A DNA stretch of 64,000 nt from Azolla caroliniana (taxonomy: Eukaryota > Plantae > Polypodiophyta), in the NCBI GenBank assembly GCA_043228905.1, contig JBHGNT010000015.1, positions 19,530,001-19,594,000 on the forward strand, read 5' to 3'. Positions 1 to 13,296 of the stretch are shown in pieces. Position 1 is the stretch's first letter; each line of letters starts with the position of its first letter. The position numbers and the translations under genes were made by a program. The notes under the pieces were generated by a model, which had not been told where the DNA came from, searched no databases, and was given only the letters and a program-made list of their open reading frames with translations.

Positions 1-99
1 GAGTGGTGTAGGTGTGTCCACATTCATCGTCTCCCCTTGTTCTTGAAAAGTTACATTAGTTACATGTTGGGGAATATTAAAATGGTTATGGTTAACACT

Positions 100-490
100 T
101 TGTAGTTTATTCTCCCTATGTTGTTTTACCTCTAAGATATACCTACCTAGTCTCTTTATATATGGGGTATCTAATAGTTTGGAGAGGGTGGAAGAGGGTC
201 CTAGTATGTCTTGTTATTTCGCCCTTATCTCGGCATAAGTTGGACACTTGCATGTAAAGTGATACTCATCCTCTATCTCTATGTGACATAACCTACATAG
301 CCTTTCATCTTTAGGGACTCTATTAGCACGACCATTCTCAGTCTCAAGTTGGTGAGATGATATCCTAAGTTCTCCAATGGCCACCCTTAGTGCATTTGGT
401 AAGAATGTATCTAGGTATTTTGATCGTGTAATAAAACCTAAATTAGAGAAGTGCATGAAGTGTTCCGTATAGTACAACATTTTAGATGGA
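100..490 (-). mobile_element. 5'-truncated non-LTR retrotransposon (LINE) ORF2 C-terminal fragment
   Basis: ORF 214..480 reads RISSHQLETENGR...CRLCHIEIEDEYHFTCKCPTY, a CCHC-type C-terminal zinc-finger region typical of LINE ORF2. A related motif occurs in the LINE relic at about 30440-30540. Boundaries are approximate. Confidence 0.7.
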
Positions 491-501
491 GAGAGAGACT
501 G

Positions 502-709
502 AGGCCTAGATGGATGTAGCTCAATTGGTAAGGTTGCACAATGGAGAACGGGAGGTCATGGGTTCAACCCCTACAGTCTACAGTGGCATCTACTGAATTA
601 AGAGATATGTATGAAATATGTAATCGAGAAAGAGAAATTTGGGTTTCAAACACAAGATGTAGTACTTGTAGTGTAATAACTTACCATTAGGGTAAGCTAA
701 TTACAATAA
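502..709 (+). mobile_element. tRNA-derived SINE, copy 1
   Basis: Pol III A-box TAGCTCAATTGG (517-528) and B-box GGTTCAACCC (561-570), then a unique body, a 3' hairpin CTTACC-attag-GGTAAG and an A-rich end. Homologous along its length to 4609-4823 (reverse). Confidence 0.8.
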
Positions 710-2268
710 GAGAATTGGGTTTTGAACCCAAGACATTGCCAATTACAACATTGATCGATCAATCTTTTAGCCATGGGGAATACAATGAGGAAGAACCCGT
801 ACCAAAATGTTTATAGTTCACATAAAACACATTTCCTTACTCACGGACCATTTAATGTGGCTCTACTCCTTTGATCAAGCTTCAAGGGATGAGTACTGTC
901 AATTGGAGATGTATCTTTGATCAAATTTTAAAATATCTTGAGATAAGGAAAGTCTAGTTACAAAAGTATTTGTACCTTGATATACTCTTTTAATCTATTT
1001 CTACCAATCATGTCTTTATTTATCAATATTAGATATCATATATAGTGGGATTTCTTTCGTTTTCTCTCATGGACACAATAATATTGCAAATCCATACTAT
1101 TGCAACGAAACAATTGATCAATTACAAGGAAATGATTGGACATACCAAAGTTCAAACCATATAATGTCATTCAAAGTACGACAAGCAATCACTCTCTTGG
1201 CTCTCTTGGCAATTGTAATCATGATTCAATTTAGAAAGGTGTAGAGATACTTACATAGAGCATATTGCATCAATAAAATGTGTTGTGACCAAGAGCTCGA
1301 GTACGGAAAGCACCTCATATCACAACATTGAATAATGTTTCCCAACATCTATAATCATTGCATCAACTTCTCCCAGTTGAGCACAATCATCCCACTTCTT
1401 ATGCAGGTATATACATTCTCCACTTGAGCATAAGAGTGATCTTATAGAAAATGTAAATGAGTACCCCAATGTGTGTGTCTTCAATATTCTTTAAAGGATA
1501 TTTTTATAACCCTTTTGATGGGTTCCATAAGTCATATCCTTTGTCTACCGATGAGTCACATGCAATTTTTTATAGGTTCCGCAGGTAAGTTGAATAGCCT
1601 CTTGAAGACTATAATGGATTATCATTTGTTTTTAATAACCTCTCTTAGGCATTGTAAACTAACCTTAAGATCTTACACATTTCTTGACGTATCTTCTTTT
1701 CCTACTTTTTGTTTAGAATAGTGGGTTTCGATAGCTAAATTTCTACCAAATTCACTATGACCATAAGGGGAAGTATGCTTCCTTGTTGTTTAGTTGTAAG
1801 ATAAACCCACAATCTATTTAATATATGCAATAGAAGGTTGTTTTGGGTGTTATTATAAACATATGGACATACACGTTCATATCTCACAATCAGAAATAGT
1901 TAAAAAGATGACCACTTTCGAGTTGTGATGTATATGTTGTAGGAAACAATTTTTAATCATATTCAATTGTTCAATATCAATTCATCTTTAAGTAATTTAC
2001 AAACTTAGGTCATTTGAGTCTGCAATCATAGAATTTATTTAATCATGCTCTTGCAAATGGATAGCCATGTATGGATTGTACCAACACACAAAACAATAAT
2101 TTTATCCCCTAGTGATGGTGATTGAGCTTAACATTTACAAAGTAACCAACCTTGCATTTAGTTAAGTACCATCAATATCTTTGTAGGATGTTGAAGAGTT
2201 TCTTTATGATATGATTTTCATATGAGAACCTCCATCCTACGCCAACAGTAATCATGACGAGGAAACAC

Positions 2269-5200
2269 TTACAATATATTTTCCTCTTCTATTCTTTTAC
2301 GCAACTCCTTCCGTAAGATTTTCCCAGAGGGTGATTTGGGGATGTGGTCCACAAAAATAATTGTGTGAAGTTTTTTGTAGAAAATCACCTAGTCAACATG
2401 AATAATAAGTTAACAAGTAGCTTTAACAAAAAAAAAGATGCCCATACAAAAAGTATGCATAAATAATCTACATACTTACACATGCATGAATTTACAAGTA
2501 ATATATACACATATACAATGAAATATTGGAGCAACTAGCAAATAAAATTATGTGCATGAAGATTAACATAACTTATAATTTATAAAGAGAGGATGAGCAT
2601 TGGGTAGAAACATCCTTCGCATGTTGAGACAACACAACAATCCTATGTTGTATGATTTATGTAGCTGCCCACGCTTGAATACAATATGCACAACTTTATA
2701 TCCTTATTAAATCATTTGTAATCGAGCAATATGCATAACCGATAAGAATGTGAACAATTCACTCATATTAATACATCCACTAAACTTTTATTTGTGCATT
2801 ATACAATCACACATCAAACCAAATGAAGTGTTAAACACTTGTTCACCTGGTTTGCCACAAATTGTTTTAGTTCATTTTCTGTCACCTCAGACCCTTTTGT
2901 AAGCACAACAAAGGCCACAGGCACCTCCCCTGCAGCTTCATCTTTCTTGCTGTCAATAGAAAATGCAATGACAAATCAAATTTCTAACAGTAAAAGATAA
3001 GCAACTCTTTTTTTATAATAACAATGGAGAAATTGATTGAGTACATACGGCACACATGCAGCGTCAGTCACACTAGGATGAGAAATGAGAATGCCCTCTA
3101 ACTCAGCTGGAGGAACCTACAATTAGTTTTGCATCAATAAGTGGCAAAACTTAATCTCAATCACATAAATATTTAAGCTTATAAAGTTTCTTTTGTTTGA
3201 GTAATAAAAAGCCCATTTGATCATACTTGGAACCCTTTAAACTTGATAATCTCCTTCACCCTGTCCACAATGAATAATTCATCGTCGTCGTCAATAATGC
3301 CAATATCTCCAGTGTGTAGAAAGCCATCTTCATCAATTGTATTTGAAGTTGCAACGCTATCATTGAGATAACCTAATTATAGAGGAAAGTTGGCATTTAC
3401 ACATTGGTTGGGATCAAATAGATTGGTGCAAATTTTGTGATTCACAGTGATTCTGAACTCTATATTACTAAGTGCTAATCCTTAAGGAGACTTGTTTTTA
3501 CCCTCTTAATTTATTGAGTTTTTTATTATTCCACAATCAGTTTGAAACGTGCCTTTCATTATTTGGTTTCCCTTTATGCATATTTCTCCTGGTTGATTGC
3601 GAGGAACTGATAACCCAGTCTCGGGATCAATGAGCTTTACCACTGCATTTCTTAACACCGTACCACATGAGCCCGACTTCACTGGCGATGGATATTTTGC
3701 AAATGCTAAGCTCATGGATAATACCGAACCCGCCTCTGTCATACCATAGCCCTACGAAAAGGAAACAAGGGTTACTCTTTATTCGTTTCAAACACACTCA
3801 CATGCCCTTATTTATTTACATTGCCGAGATTGGCACTTCATCACACCACATGGATAGCAATGGGCGTGGTTCGGTTTCTTGGCCTTGAAACCAAACCAAA
3901 CCAAACTGTTTAAATTTTATGAAGCCATTTAAACCGAACCGTTTATGAAAAAAAAATTAGAACCAAACCAAATCAGTTTATCATAAATCAAAACCAAACC
4001 AAACCGATAAACCTATAAACCTTTAAACCAAACCACATAAGCCGAAACCCTTAAACCGCTAAACCGTGAAATTCAAAACCGAACCGAACCGAACCGAAAC
4101 CAAACCGGATCATAATATTTGAAACCAAACCAAATGGTTTACTTATCTTTGAACCAATAAACCGTTAAGCCATGGCTTAACGGTTCAGTTCGGTTTGAGC
4201 TAAAACCATGCCCATTGCTACACATGGATATATAATGAGGAAACATTGGACACTTATTTATTTTTCTAAACAAGCTCGCACAATTTCTTTATCTAAATTT
4301 TACTCCACCACCATAAGGGAGTTGTAATAACATAGCCCTATAATATGAAACAATCACCATTCTTTCTTTTCTTTAAATACACTCACATGCACTTATTCAT
4401 TTGCACCCTCCAGATTCCACAACACGAAACTAGCTTTTTATCAAATCATAATGATACATACTAAGAAACAATGGTTGCTTGTTATTTTGTAAATAGGATC
4501 ACAAACTCTCTCATTTTTAGACCAGACGTCAAGGAGACTGTAACATATCCTTATAATGCCAAAACACTTAACTCTTTCTTTTTATTAAACACAAGGTCTC
4601 TCTCTTGCTTTTTTTATTGTAATTAGCTTACCCTAGCGGTAAGTTATTACACTACAAACACTATGTCTGGGGTTTCAAACCCAATTTTTCTCATCTCTCT
4701 ATTACATACTTCTTACATATCTCTTAATTCACTAGATGCCACTACGAAATGTAGGCGTTGAGCCCATGACCCCTTAGTCTCCGTTGGGCAACCTTACCAA
4801 CAAAACTAGATCCATTTGGGCTTTCTCTCTCACACACACACATACAATTGCATTTGATCACATTAGACTTACCTTTCCACGTATCTTCAAGCAAACCTAG
4901 TTCTTGCACTAATTTCCCTCACAATCATAATGTGCACTCTCAATTGCAATATTCATTGGTAAAGTTCTTCAACATCGCTAATCGCTACGTAATTTCATAT
5001 ATATTACATGAAATGGTCTCATATGTCATACTTGAGCTCCAAAGACGCTAATAAAATCTATCTATCTCATGACAATTGTATCAAGTATCATATAATGATT
5101 TTACCCTTGGTCTCATTATTCATGTATATGTGGCACTATGAAGTTCGTTCTTTGTAGAATTTCTTACTAAAATTTACTTCTTTTCATCCCTTTTCTTTTT

Positions 5201-7006
5201 CTCTATTTTCCCCGCTAGCATTTAGCCCTATTCTAGAAGTGAAAACAGGGGGTAAAATCATTAGCTAAGTATACAAAAATGTAGAGTAAATAAAGTTATA
5301 AGGTTTCATTTTAGATTCGCTCAAGCAATATAGTTAAGTGTTTTAAATCTATCATTTCTTATTTAATGGGCATTTTCATTTGAGTGCTTAATGTCTTTTT
5401 ATTATTATGAAATAATGCATTCATTAATGTGAAAGAAGTCTTGAGTATATATGTAAAACTTCACTATTATGGAAATTCTAGATTGAAAAGATTAACTCAA
5501 GTAATCCTATCATACTAAAAACCAAACTAAAAAATTGTCACCTGTGCAACAATGGCATGGGGCACACGAGCCTTGAAGGAGTCTTGGAGGTCCTTGCTAA
5601 GTGGAGCAGCACCACACATAAGCATACGAATGGATGAGAGGTCATATTGTTGGACGAGTGGATTCTTGGCTAAAGCTAAGACAATTGGTGGCACTAGTGG
5701 TGCAATTGTCACACGGTGTCGTTGCACTACCTCCAATAGTGCCTCAATCTCAAACTTTGGCATGATGGCCATTGTTGCACCCACTCGTAAGCAACACAAC
5801 ACAATTGATAATGAGTAAATGTGAAACATGGGTAGCACACACAACACGATGTCGTCAGGTGTAAAATACATGTTGGGATTATCTCCATCGACCTATTTTA
5901 CACAAAGTTGCTAATCAATACATTTTTGAGTATTTTTTCACCTTGGAACCGTTAGGGCTTGCGTGCTGCTTCCATTAAATTACATGCATTATGATAATCT
6001 AAACTTAGGTATTTTATGCATCAAGATTGAAGAATAAACACTTATATTGTAACATTACTCTATGGTTGTTGAATGACTTAGATTGTTTTTTTTTTAATAT
6101 GCTACATTTGATCATTATCAATGTAAAATATGTAAGTGAGTTCGAGTTTCCTAGTCTAACATAAATGATAACACTTACTTGTTGGGAGATGCTAGTGACG
6201 AGGTTGCGATGTGTGAGCATGACACCCTTGGGGAGGCCGGTGGTACCAGAAGAGTAAGGAAGAGCAACAACATCGTCGGGGTGGACATCATTGAAGCCAC
6301 TAGTCTCATGACAATTGTCTAGCTCAAAGTTATCATGTTGGTAATCATCTGAAAAATCAAAGAACGAAGAGAAAGAAAGGATAGGCCCAAATTGTGGGGG
6401 GTCAAGGGGAGCATGATCATGGGCAAGGTGATGGTGGTTAGACTGGTCTTGGCCTTGGTAAAGATCAAGGGGTTCATGGTCGATGACCATGACTTGGAAA
6501 GTGTGGGCTACATGGATGTGGGTGAGCTTATGGATGTAGCCAAGTTGGGTTATGATGAGTTTGGCCTTAGATGCCGAGAGTTGTTTCTCGATTTCCTGGG
6601 ATTTGTAGAAAGGGTTGCAAGTGGTGACAATGGCACCTCGTATGGCTGCCCCAAGAAATGAAATCACAAACTCTGAAGAGTTTGGAATCATGAGCATCAC
6701 TACATCACCTTTTGTTATCCCTGCAACTGGTTCCAACCTTGTTGCCACACGTCGCGCTTTCTTTATCACATCACCAAAGGTGGTCACATGATTTTCACTA
6801 GTTGCTTGACCACTCAGTCCCATTTCAATGAGGCATGGTTTTGATCCCAAATTTGCTGAATGTTGCAAGCAATACTCTGGCAAAGTCATGTCATCCGGAA
6901 TCTCAATTGTCGGCAACTTTGACCGGAATAAATATACTGGGGGTTGTGACATAGAATCTGGTGCCAAATTTGAAGTGACTTCATGTTCGGATTCTGAAGG
7001 AGCCAT
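2269..7006 (-). CDS. 4CL: 4-coumarate:CoA ligase (7 coding exons)
   Basis: Exons 7006-6179, 5892-5542, 3751-3553, 3372-3227, 3116-3049, 2949-2847 and 2388-2269 splice in frame. Motifs: Box [20 protein letters not shown], Box [45 protein letters not shown]. Confidence 0.95.
3855..4220. mobile_element. Non-autonomous hAT-like element (MITE) in 4CL intron 2
   Basis: TIRs TAGCAATGGGCGTGGTT / AACCATGCCCATTGCTA; perfect 8-bp TSD CACATGGA (3847-3854 and 4221-4228); interior full of AACCG/AAACC repeats. Confidence 0.9.
4609..4823 (-). mobile_element. tRNA-derived SINE, copy 2
   Basis: Reverse complement aligns by eye to 502-709, including the B-box region and 3' hairpin; the poly(A) tail appears as a T-run at 4609-4615. 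Confidence 0.8.
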
Positions 7007-9799
7007 ATAAAGGTGTACCTCTATGGTGAGAACCTTGGGATATAGAGCAATTTAAAAACCCCTTGAAGTTTAAAGATCCACCCCACTATAATGTCAACTA
7101 AAAAGAATCAAATGAAAGCAGTGCAGAGTTCAACCTTACTAATTCCCTCTAAAAAATAAGAACCTACCAACATAGGCCCTCAGCAAAACAAGCAAACAAA
7201 AACTACTGCAAAAATTCAACTTTAGGCAATGCCTCTACAAAGAATTCTCTGAAAACCCCACGATGCCTCCCTGTGTTTTTAGATGCATATGCCTTTCTAT
7301 ATTATTGCTAGCCAATTTCAATCTTTAATATAAGGAAAAAGGAAGGAATTGTCTAAATTCAGTAAATTCATAAAACTGCCCTCATTATAAAGACCCTCCC
7401 CCTCTACTATAAGTCATATAATAAACAGGCAATGAGGGTGGAAATGCGTAAGATAACATCAATCTCAGTTATCAAAACCCCTACACAAAAACTATTCCTC
7501 ATCCACCTTTCCTCGTCGAACCCATGTGACTTCTATATAGCTTCGAAGGCCCCCTCATGACAAAAGTTGCCATGGAAAAGTATGAATGAGTATAGTGGAC
7601 AATTCCACACTAAAGTTTTAAAACCTCTAGAAAACTACTCCTTCACCCTAACCCACTCATTGCTTCTGCTTCCTCTCATGGGGATACAAAGCAATTTTAA
7701 TAAGATTGAAAAAGGAAAAGAAAGAAAGAAATGTCAGGAAAATCAATCATCTACTCAAAATTATTTGAGTGAAACTGACCATCGATAATTCCATCTTAAT
7801 AAGATTGATTCACAACACCTTACCCTCCCTCTCTCTCTCTCTCTCTCTCTCACCCATATGCATTTTGGTATGATAAATACTAATCGACCTCAAAAAGAAA
7901 GAAAATGAAATGGGGTGAGTATGTGTTGGGGCCCTCCCTTCTTGTATATGCAAATGCCATGTATAATTATCAAACCAAAAAGAAAGAAAAGAAATTGGGG
8001 CAATATATAGGTCCTCGTGCAAAGATGACCTTTCTCTTTTCCTTTTTTGTGCTATCTTTGCAGGTGCACCATCCATGAAAGTAAAAGATGGGACTCTCCC
8101 TACCCATATCACACCATACACCACCACATGCACATGTGTTGAGTGCTCATTGCGCATTTATCCCAAAGCCTTTGCTTTTCACGCAATCAATTTTCTTTTT
8201 ATATTTCACTTGTAGTAAAATAATTGTTATTGGATGGATTGAAGTTGGTAAGATCGAGACTTTGTGTGGTTGTTATGGTGTCATATCACCATACCACATG
8301 TTTGCCTACCTCTCTTACCTTCTAAGGTTTGATCTTTCGAATGATTCCCCACTCTTTGTCCCTCCAAAGTTGTAAGTTACCATTTTTGTTTCCAAGGTCA
8401 AAGTGTTAGTTTGGATTCATTACCACAATTGTCATAGATGACAAGGACTCTATCATCCCAATTTCTTGAAACTTCTACACCCAGACTGTAGTTCTTTGCT
8501 CACATTCTCCTTTCATCATAATAATATATGCCTTCATGCCACGCTTCACATTTGAGGTCCCCCCCTTTTCCCTGTATCTCTCCCTGTGTCTCTCTCAAAC
8601 ACACATCCACATATTGTATTCATTGACCAGGAAGGGTCTAAAAATGAAACCATTCATATGCCTTCCAACATTTACCTCATTATCGGGGGACCAAGTAGGG
8701 TAAGTATTTCTCATAATGCTCTCCCAAGGAATTACTTTGTCCTTGACACCTGTTGCCATTGTAGGAGTGTAAAAGGAGCTTGACCTTGTTTCCTTCTGTC
8801 AAACTTTATATTGTCTGAAAAAAAATCTTTATTTGAGACTTTGAGTTTAAGTTATGTTGTATCCTGCATGACTTTTATGTTCCTTATAGCCGACGGCCGT
8901 ACAAAATGAACTCACTCCCATGATTTGGGCAACACTAAGTTAACACTACACGACTTTTATGTTGTTCATAGAAATACAAAATGAACTAGCTACATTTAGG
9001 CACATTAATAATCTTATATAATTTAACTAACACCTTGGCTACATCTCATTTCGGTTTGATAGATATCGCACCTGTGACAAGAAGCTATTAAAAGAAGCCA
9101 TTGTCCTCCCAACATTCTTCACGAAATGCCTTTGGTATGCTTTGGGAATTTTGTTCCTTGCAAATCATTTTCCTCAATAAAATCCTTTCACTCATCACTT
9201 GAACCAACAATCCATTGATAAGAATGCAATATATGTGAATCATTTGAAAACAATGACCTACCTACTAGTACTAATCTAAAAGTGACCAAACACATACATA
9301 TTGATTAGAAAACGTAATGGGACTCACATTGTTTAAAGGGTTAATAAAATATCAATCCCATATGAGTAGCATCATGTAAGTACCTAATGAATCTTCTATA
9401 TTTAAGGAATGTAGATTGATTTGGATGCATTAACACATATTAGATATAAATCGTCGACTTTCACTCTACAAGTTAAGTAGCTCCAAAATTAAACACACAT
9501 TATATGTGTGCATCCTAAAGCAAACCGAGGTGTTAAAAACATTTACTCCCCCCCCCCCCCCCCCCCCCAAATGTAGACATGTTTACCAAATTATACACCA
9601 CTTCAACGTGACAAAGAAAAGTATAAAGTTTGTCTTTAGAACATACAAGCATATATCTTTGTGTTCAATAATGGATGACAAAACGCTTTCATAGATTTTT
9701 ATTTGGTAAATTTTGTGATTTTCTGTTGTGATGTTTAACAAGTTACAAATTGGGTTGAAAAAGAGAATCTCATTCCTAAGAAAAGGTGGTAGTTGCAAC

Positions 9800-11250
9800 T
9801 TGGCATGGAGAAACTATCACTTAGTTTTGATGAAGTAACAAACCAACCTAGTTTGCATCATCGCAACAAACAAAGCCTATTCATATCCGTTTCTTCATGA
9901 TAGATTATGGTCATATATTAAAGTCATTTGTATTCAATTTTCTCATGTGCTCAACCTAAATTGCTCCATGTAATGTGTAGTGTCCTTTTTGCTAGAACCT
10001 AAGGAATCAACAAGATGACACAAAATGGACACAAATGGACAAGATCAATGTTACCCCAGTCTAAATATTTGGGGAGCAACTTCCAAACATTATCTATATG
10101 TCGTCACATAATCTTCATCATATAGAATCCAACTGTCTTTTTTAATAGATAGATATAACATTAACATCCGCATGATATCAAATAATATTTATGATCTATG
10201 GGATGGATCAAAGCCCTGTGGCAAGGATCCACATGGGATAACTAATTGTATTTGTAGAACTCTCAACATGGGATGTTAAGATGCAATGCTCAAGTAAAAC
10301 ATTGTAATTTTTTGAATAATATGTAATTTCTCTAGTATGCCATTGCTTGCATACAATATGGATTAGTTACACCATTCTCCTTAGGACTAATAATGTTAGT
10401 ATACGTGGTTTGTATTCAACCTCCAATGGGAATGTATTGTTTAAACCATGGCCACAATTGCTCCAAGGTTCCTTTCACTATGTATGCTCGACAATAGTCA
10501 CAAGAAATCAAATGTATTTATTTAAAACAATTGAATTAGCATTTCTTACATATACATATATAGCTTCCATATCAAACACCAATACTATAACCAAATCAAA
10601 TAACCTCTAAATCAATGATATATTATAACTCTAAAATCAATCATTTCAAGTTCACAATATGGTTTACTTTCAAGTTATTGAAAGGATCCCCTTTTCGTAT
10701 GAGAGCCCACAAGGGTACATTTAGGAAGTCAATGATTTCATGGTTGTTGCATAGCTTGCCATCCATATTCAATGAGAAGAACCAACCCATGCATGCCAAT
10801 GCAGAATCTCCGTGGATTCATTACCTACAATAAACAACCTACCAACAAGAATTTCCATGTGCACTTTTTAAATCATGTCCAAGATCTACATAGTAGACAT
10901 AGATTGAGTGTCATGGTGTCTTTCTACACCAACTCTAAATTTGATTCTATTATTGAAACTCTACCATCTCGCTTGATTTGTTGACATAATAATATGGACT
11001 TATCAACATGTATTATATGTTACTATGTTGGTAGGTTTGAAGTAAATTTTGTGGAACATGTCACGATGACTTGTTTGGTTATGAAGTGTCATGGCAATTT
11101 GTTTGACTATGGGTGTGAGTTGTTGAATACCACGCAAATGTGAGTTGTTTTGTATTTTGATTGGTTGACCTTCTAGTGGAAGATTATGCTCGTTCTTCCA
11201 CATCTCACCAAATTTATTGATCAAACTTGGTTTGTTTGGTGTTGAGATAG
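9800..11250 (-). mobile_element. Highly degenerate transposon-like coding relic, family uncertain
   Basis: Coding-like composition broken by many stops, with no splice-consistent host gene. The TE assignment is an impression only. Confidence 0.25.
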
Positions 11251-12519
11251 TGGAGCATAGTGAAGCATAGTACTTTCATAATGTATGTGATTGATTGATA
11301 TTCCTAAGGGAAGAGGGGAAAGTATAATTATTTAATGTCTTATACAACCATATGAGAATAAGACACCTACAAATTGACGTCTTTATAAATTATTGTTGTC
11401 ATTTGAGTGTTTACACGTGATTCCCGGTTCACGAAATTGGAAGTAGATTGAATTCTCTGCCCTCTTTTTACCGATTCCTTGCATTGTATTCATTTTGTCA
11501 TGTGTATTTCCTCACTCTTTTCATCCCTCAACAAGCGTCCTATCCATGGCCAAGTTCATAAATGATTTATCCATGGCCAAGCTCGTATATTCATCATTAT
11601 GAGGCTTAGAATTTAGAGTTAGAACCTAATTTGGTTGGTCTCCATCCAAAACATATTTTAAATAATGTTTAGTTAGTACAACCTACTTGGTTAGTGGAAT
11701 CAAGCAACAAATACAAGCATATGTTTCATAACCTTTTTCACAAGGGTTATGAGCATATCTATAATGTTGATTAATCTATAGGCCATCGATTGATCTATCA
11801 AGTCATAGAACAACCGCATGGAAATATGTGATTTGTGATCGTTTTGATACCTACGGTCTACCTAGGGTGATTGTATATCTTTTGTTGTCCGCAATCTTAA
11901 AAATCTTGATACTTATTTGGTAAAATTGACAACACCCTAAAGTGGCTTCAAGTGAAATGTCACTCATGTAAATGAATTTCCATCAACCGACTCAAAAAAG
12001 CACCCACATTATGTATAATACATAATCTTGATTCCTCGTAATGTAATTGATCTTCCATATGAAATATATAATAAGCAAGAGCAACAACATTCTTTTCCCA
12101 AGCTATTGACACAATTTACTACAAGTGTAGATTTATTGTGACCTTTCAAGGGAGAAACTTGAAAACCTCGAGTTTTGTATATTTTTCTTGAATGCGCCAA
12201 AGTTTTCATTACTTCCCCAAAATATAGTCAATTGTCAATAAATTGTGTGCTACCATTACGGAGAACAAAATGAATGTGATGAGAAAGGATATTGCCAAAA
12301 CTGGGATGTGAGGATGTAAGGTGGTTCAAGTTTCAACTTGTTCCATGTCTGCTACCAAAGAGTGGCAAAAAGATTCCTATATGGCAAAGAAGAGTTACAA
12401 TTTCCAACTAACTCAACAAAATCCTTATAGATGAAGTACTATTCTCTCTAACAACATGTGTGCTCTTCACACTCTCATTGGAGTTTTATTTTTCTTACGA
12501 GAAATTGATGAAATAATAA

Positions 12520-13050
12520 GAGCAAAACTACGATTCTTCAATGTTTGGCTTCACTACGAATGGATGAAAGGTATGTCTATTTATGGTTCATGGAAGTCAC
12601 CTTTGGTATAGTTAGTAATGTGGTCCTTCCAACTTCCCTCCAACAGTTTTAGTGATGGACATCAAAGGCAAATGATGCTTGGAGATCTACAAGAGGCTCT
12701 TTTTCCTTGCAAAAAAATTTGAACAAAGAAAAAGATGGAAACCGCGATTATATTTTCAGCCTCGCTACAAATGGATGGAAGTTATGGTTACTTACACGCG
12801 GTCGGCGGAAGGCGCCCTTTGATGAGGACACGATTGAGATGTGCCCAATGTCTCATGGAAGGCAAAAAATGTTTGGAGATCTACTAGAGGCTCTTTTTCC
12901 TTGCAAAAAAACCTGAACAAAGAAAGAGATTGAAACTATGATTCTCAATTTATGAATGGACGGGAGGGAGGTATGGCGCTATTTTCACAATCGGGTCTAT
13001 GGAAGGCGCCCTTTGGTGGGAACACTATCGGAGGAGCCATCCAACGTCCT
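12520..13050. repeat. Diverged tandem repeat, about 195-bp unit, about 3 copies
   Basis: GGAGATCTAC(A/T)AGAGGCTCTTTTTCCTTGCAAAAAAA..TGAACAAAGAAA occurs at about 12681 and 12875; GGAAGGCGCCCTTTG occurs at about 12807 and 13001; a more diverged unit starts at about 12520. Confidence 0.8.
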
Positions 13051-13296
13051 GTTGATCATGGCGTGGCGTGATAGGTAGACGAAAGGAGCAAATATGATAC
13101 AGTTGGAGGATCAAGGTCTTCTTGACAAATTGGCTAATGTGACGGCCTAACAGTTCAACCATTAAACACGAGCACAACAATGGTCAATGCCAAAGAGAGC
13201 GATTCGATTGTGTGAGTTGGGCAATCATATGGCCAATTTGAGTGCTCGTGTCCATCTATGGTTTCACTAGGCTAGCGGGGAAGCGTAGGAAATGAT

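Noticed and set aside
505-590. Functional tRNA gene
   Set aside because: A/B boxes are present but no complete cloverleaf is evident, and homology to the second copy extends about 130 bp further with an A tail, as expected for a SINE.
800-2000. Possible degenerate coding/TE relic downstream of 4CL
   Set aside because: No diagnostic motif could be read; the family cannot be supported.
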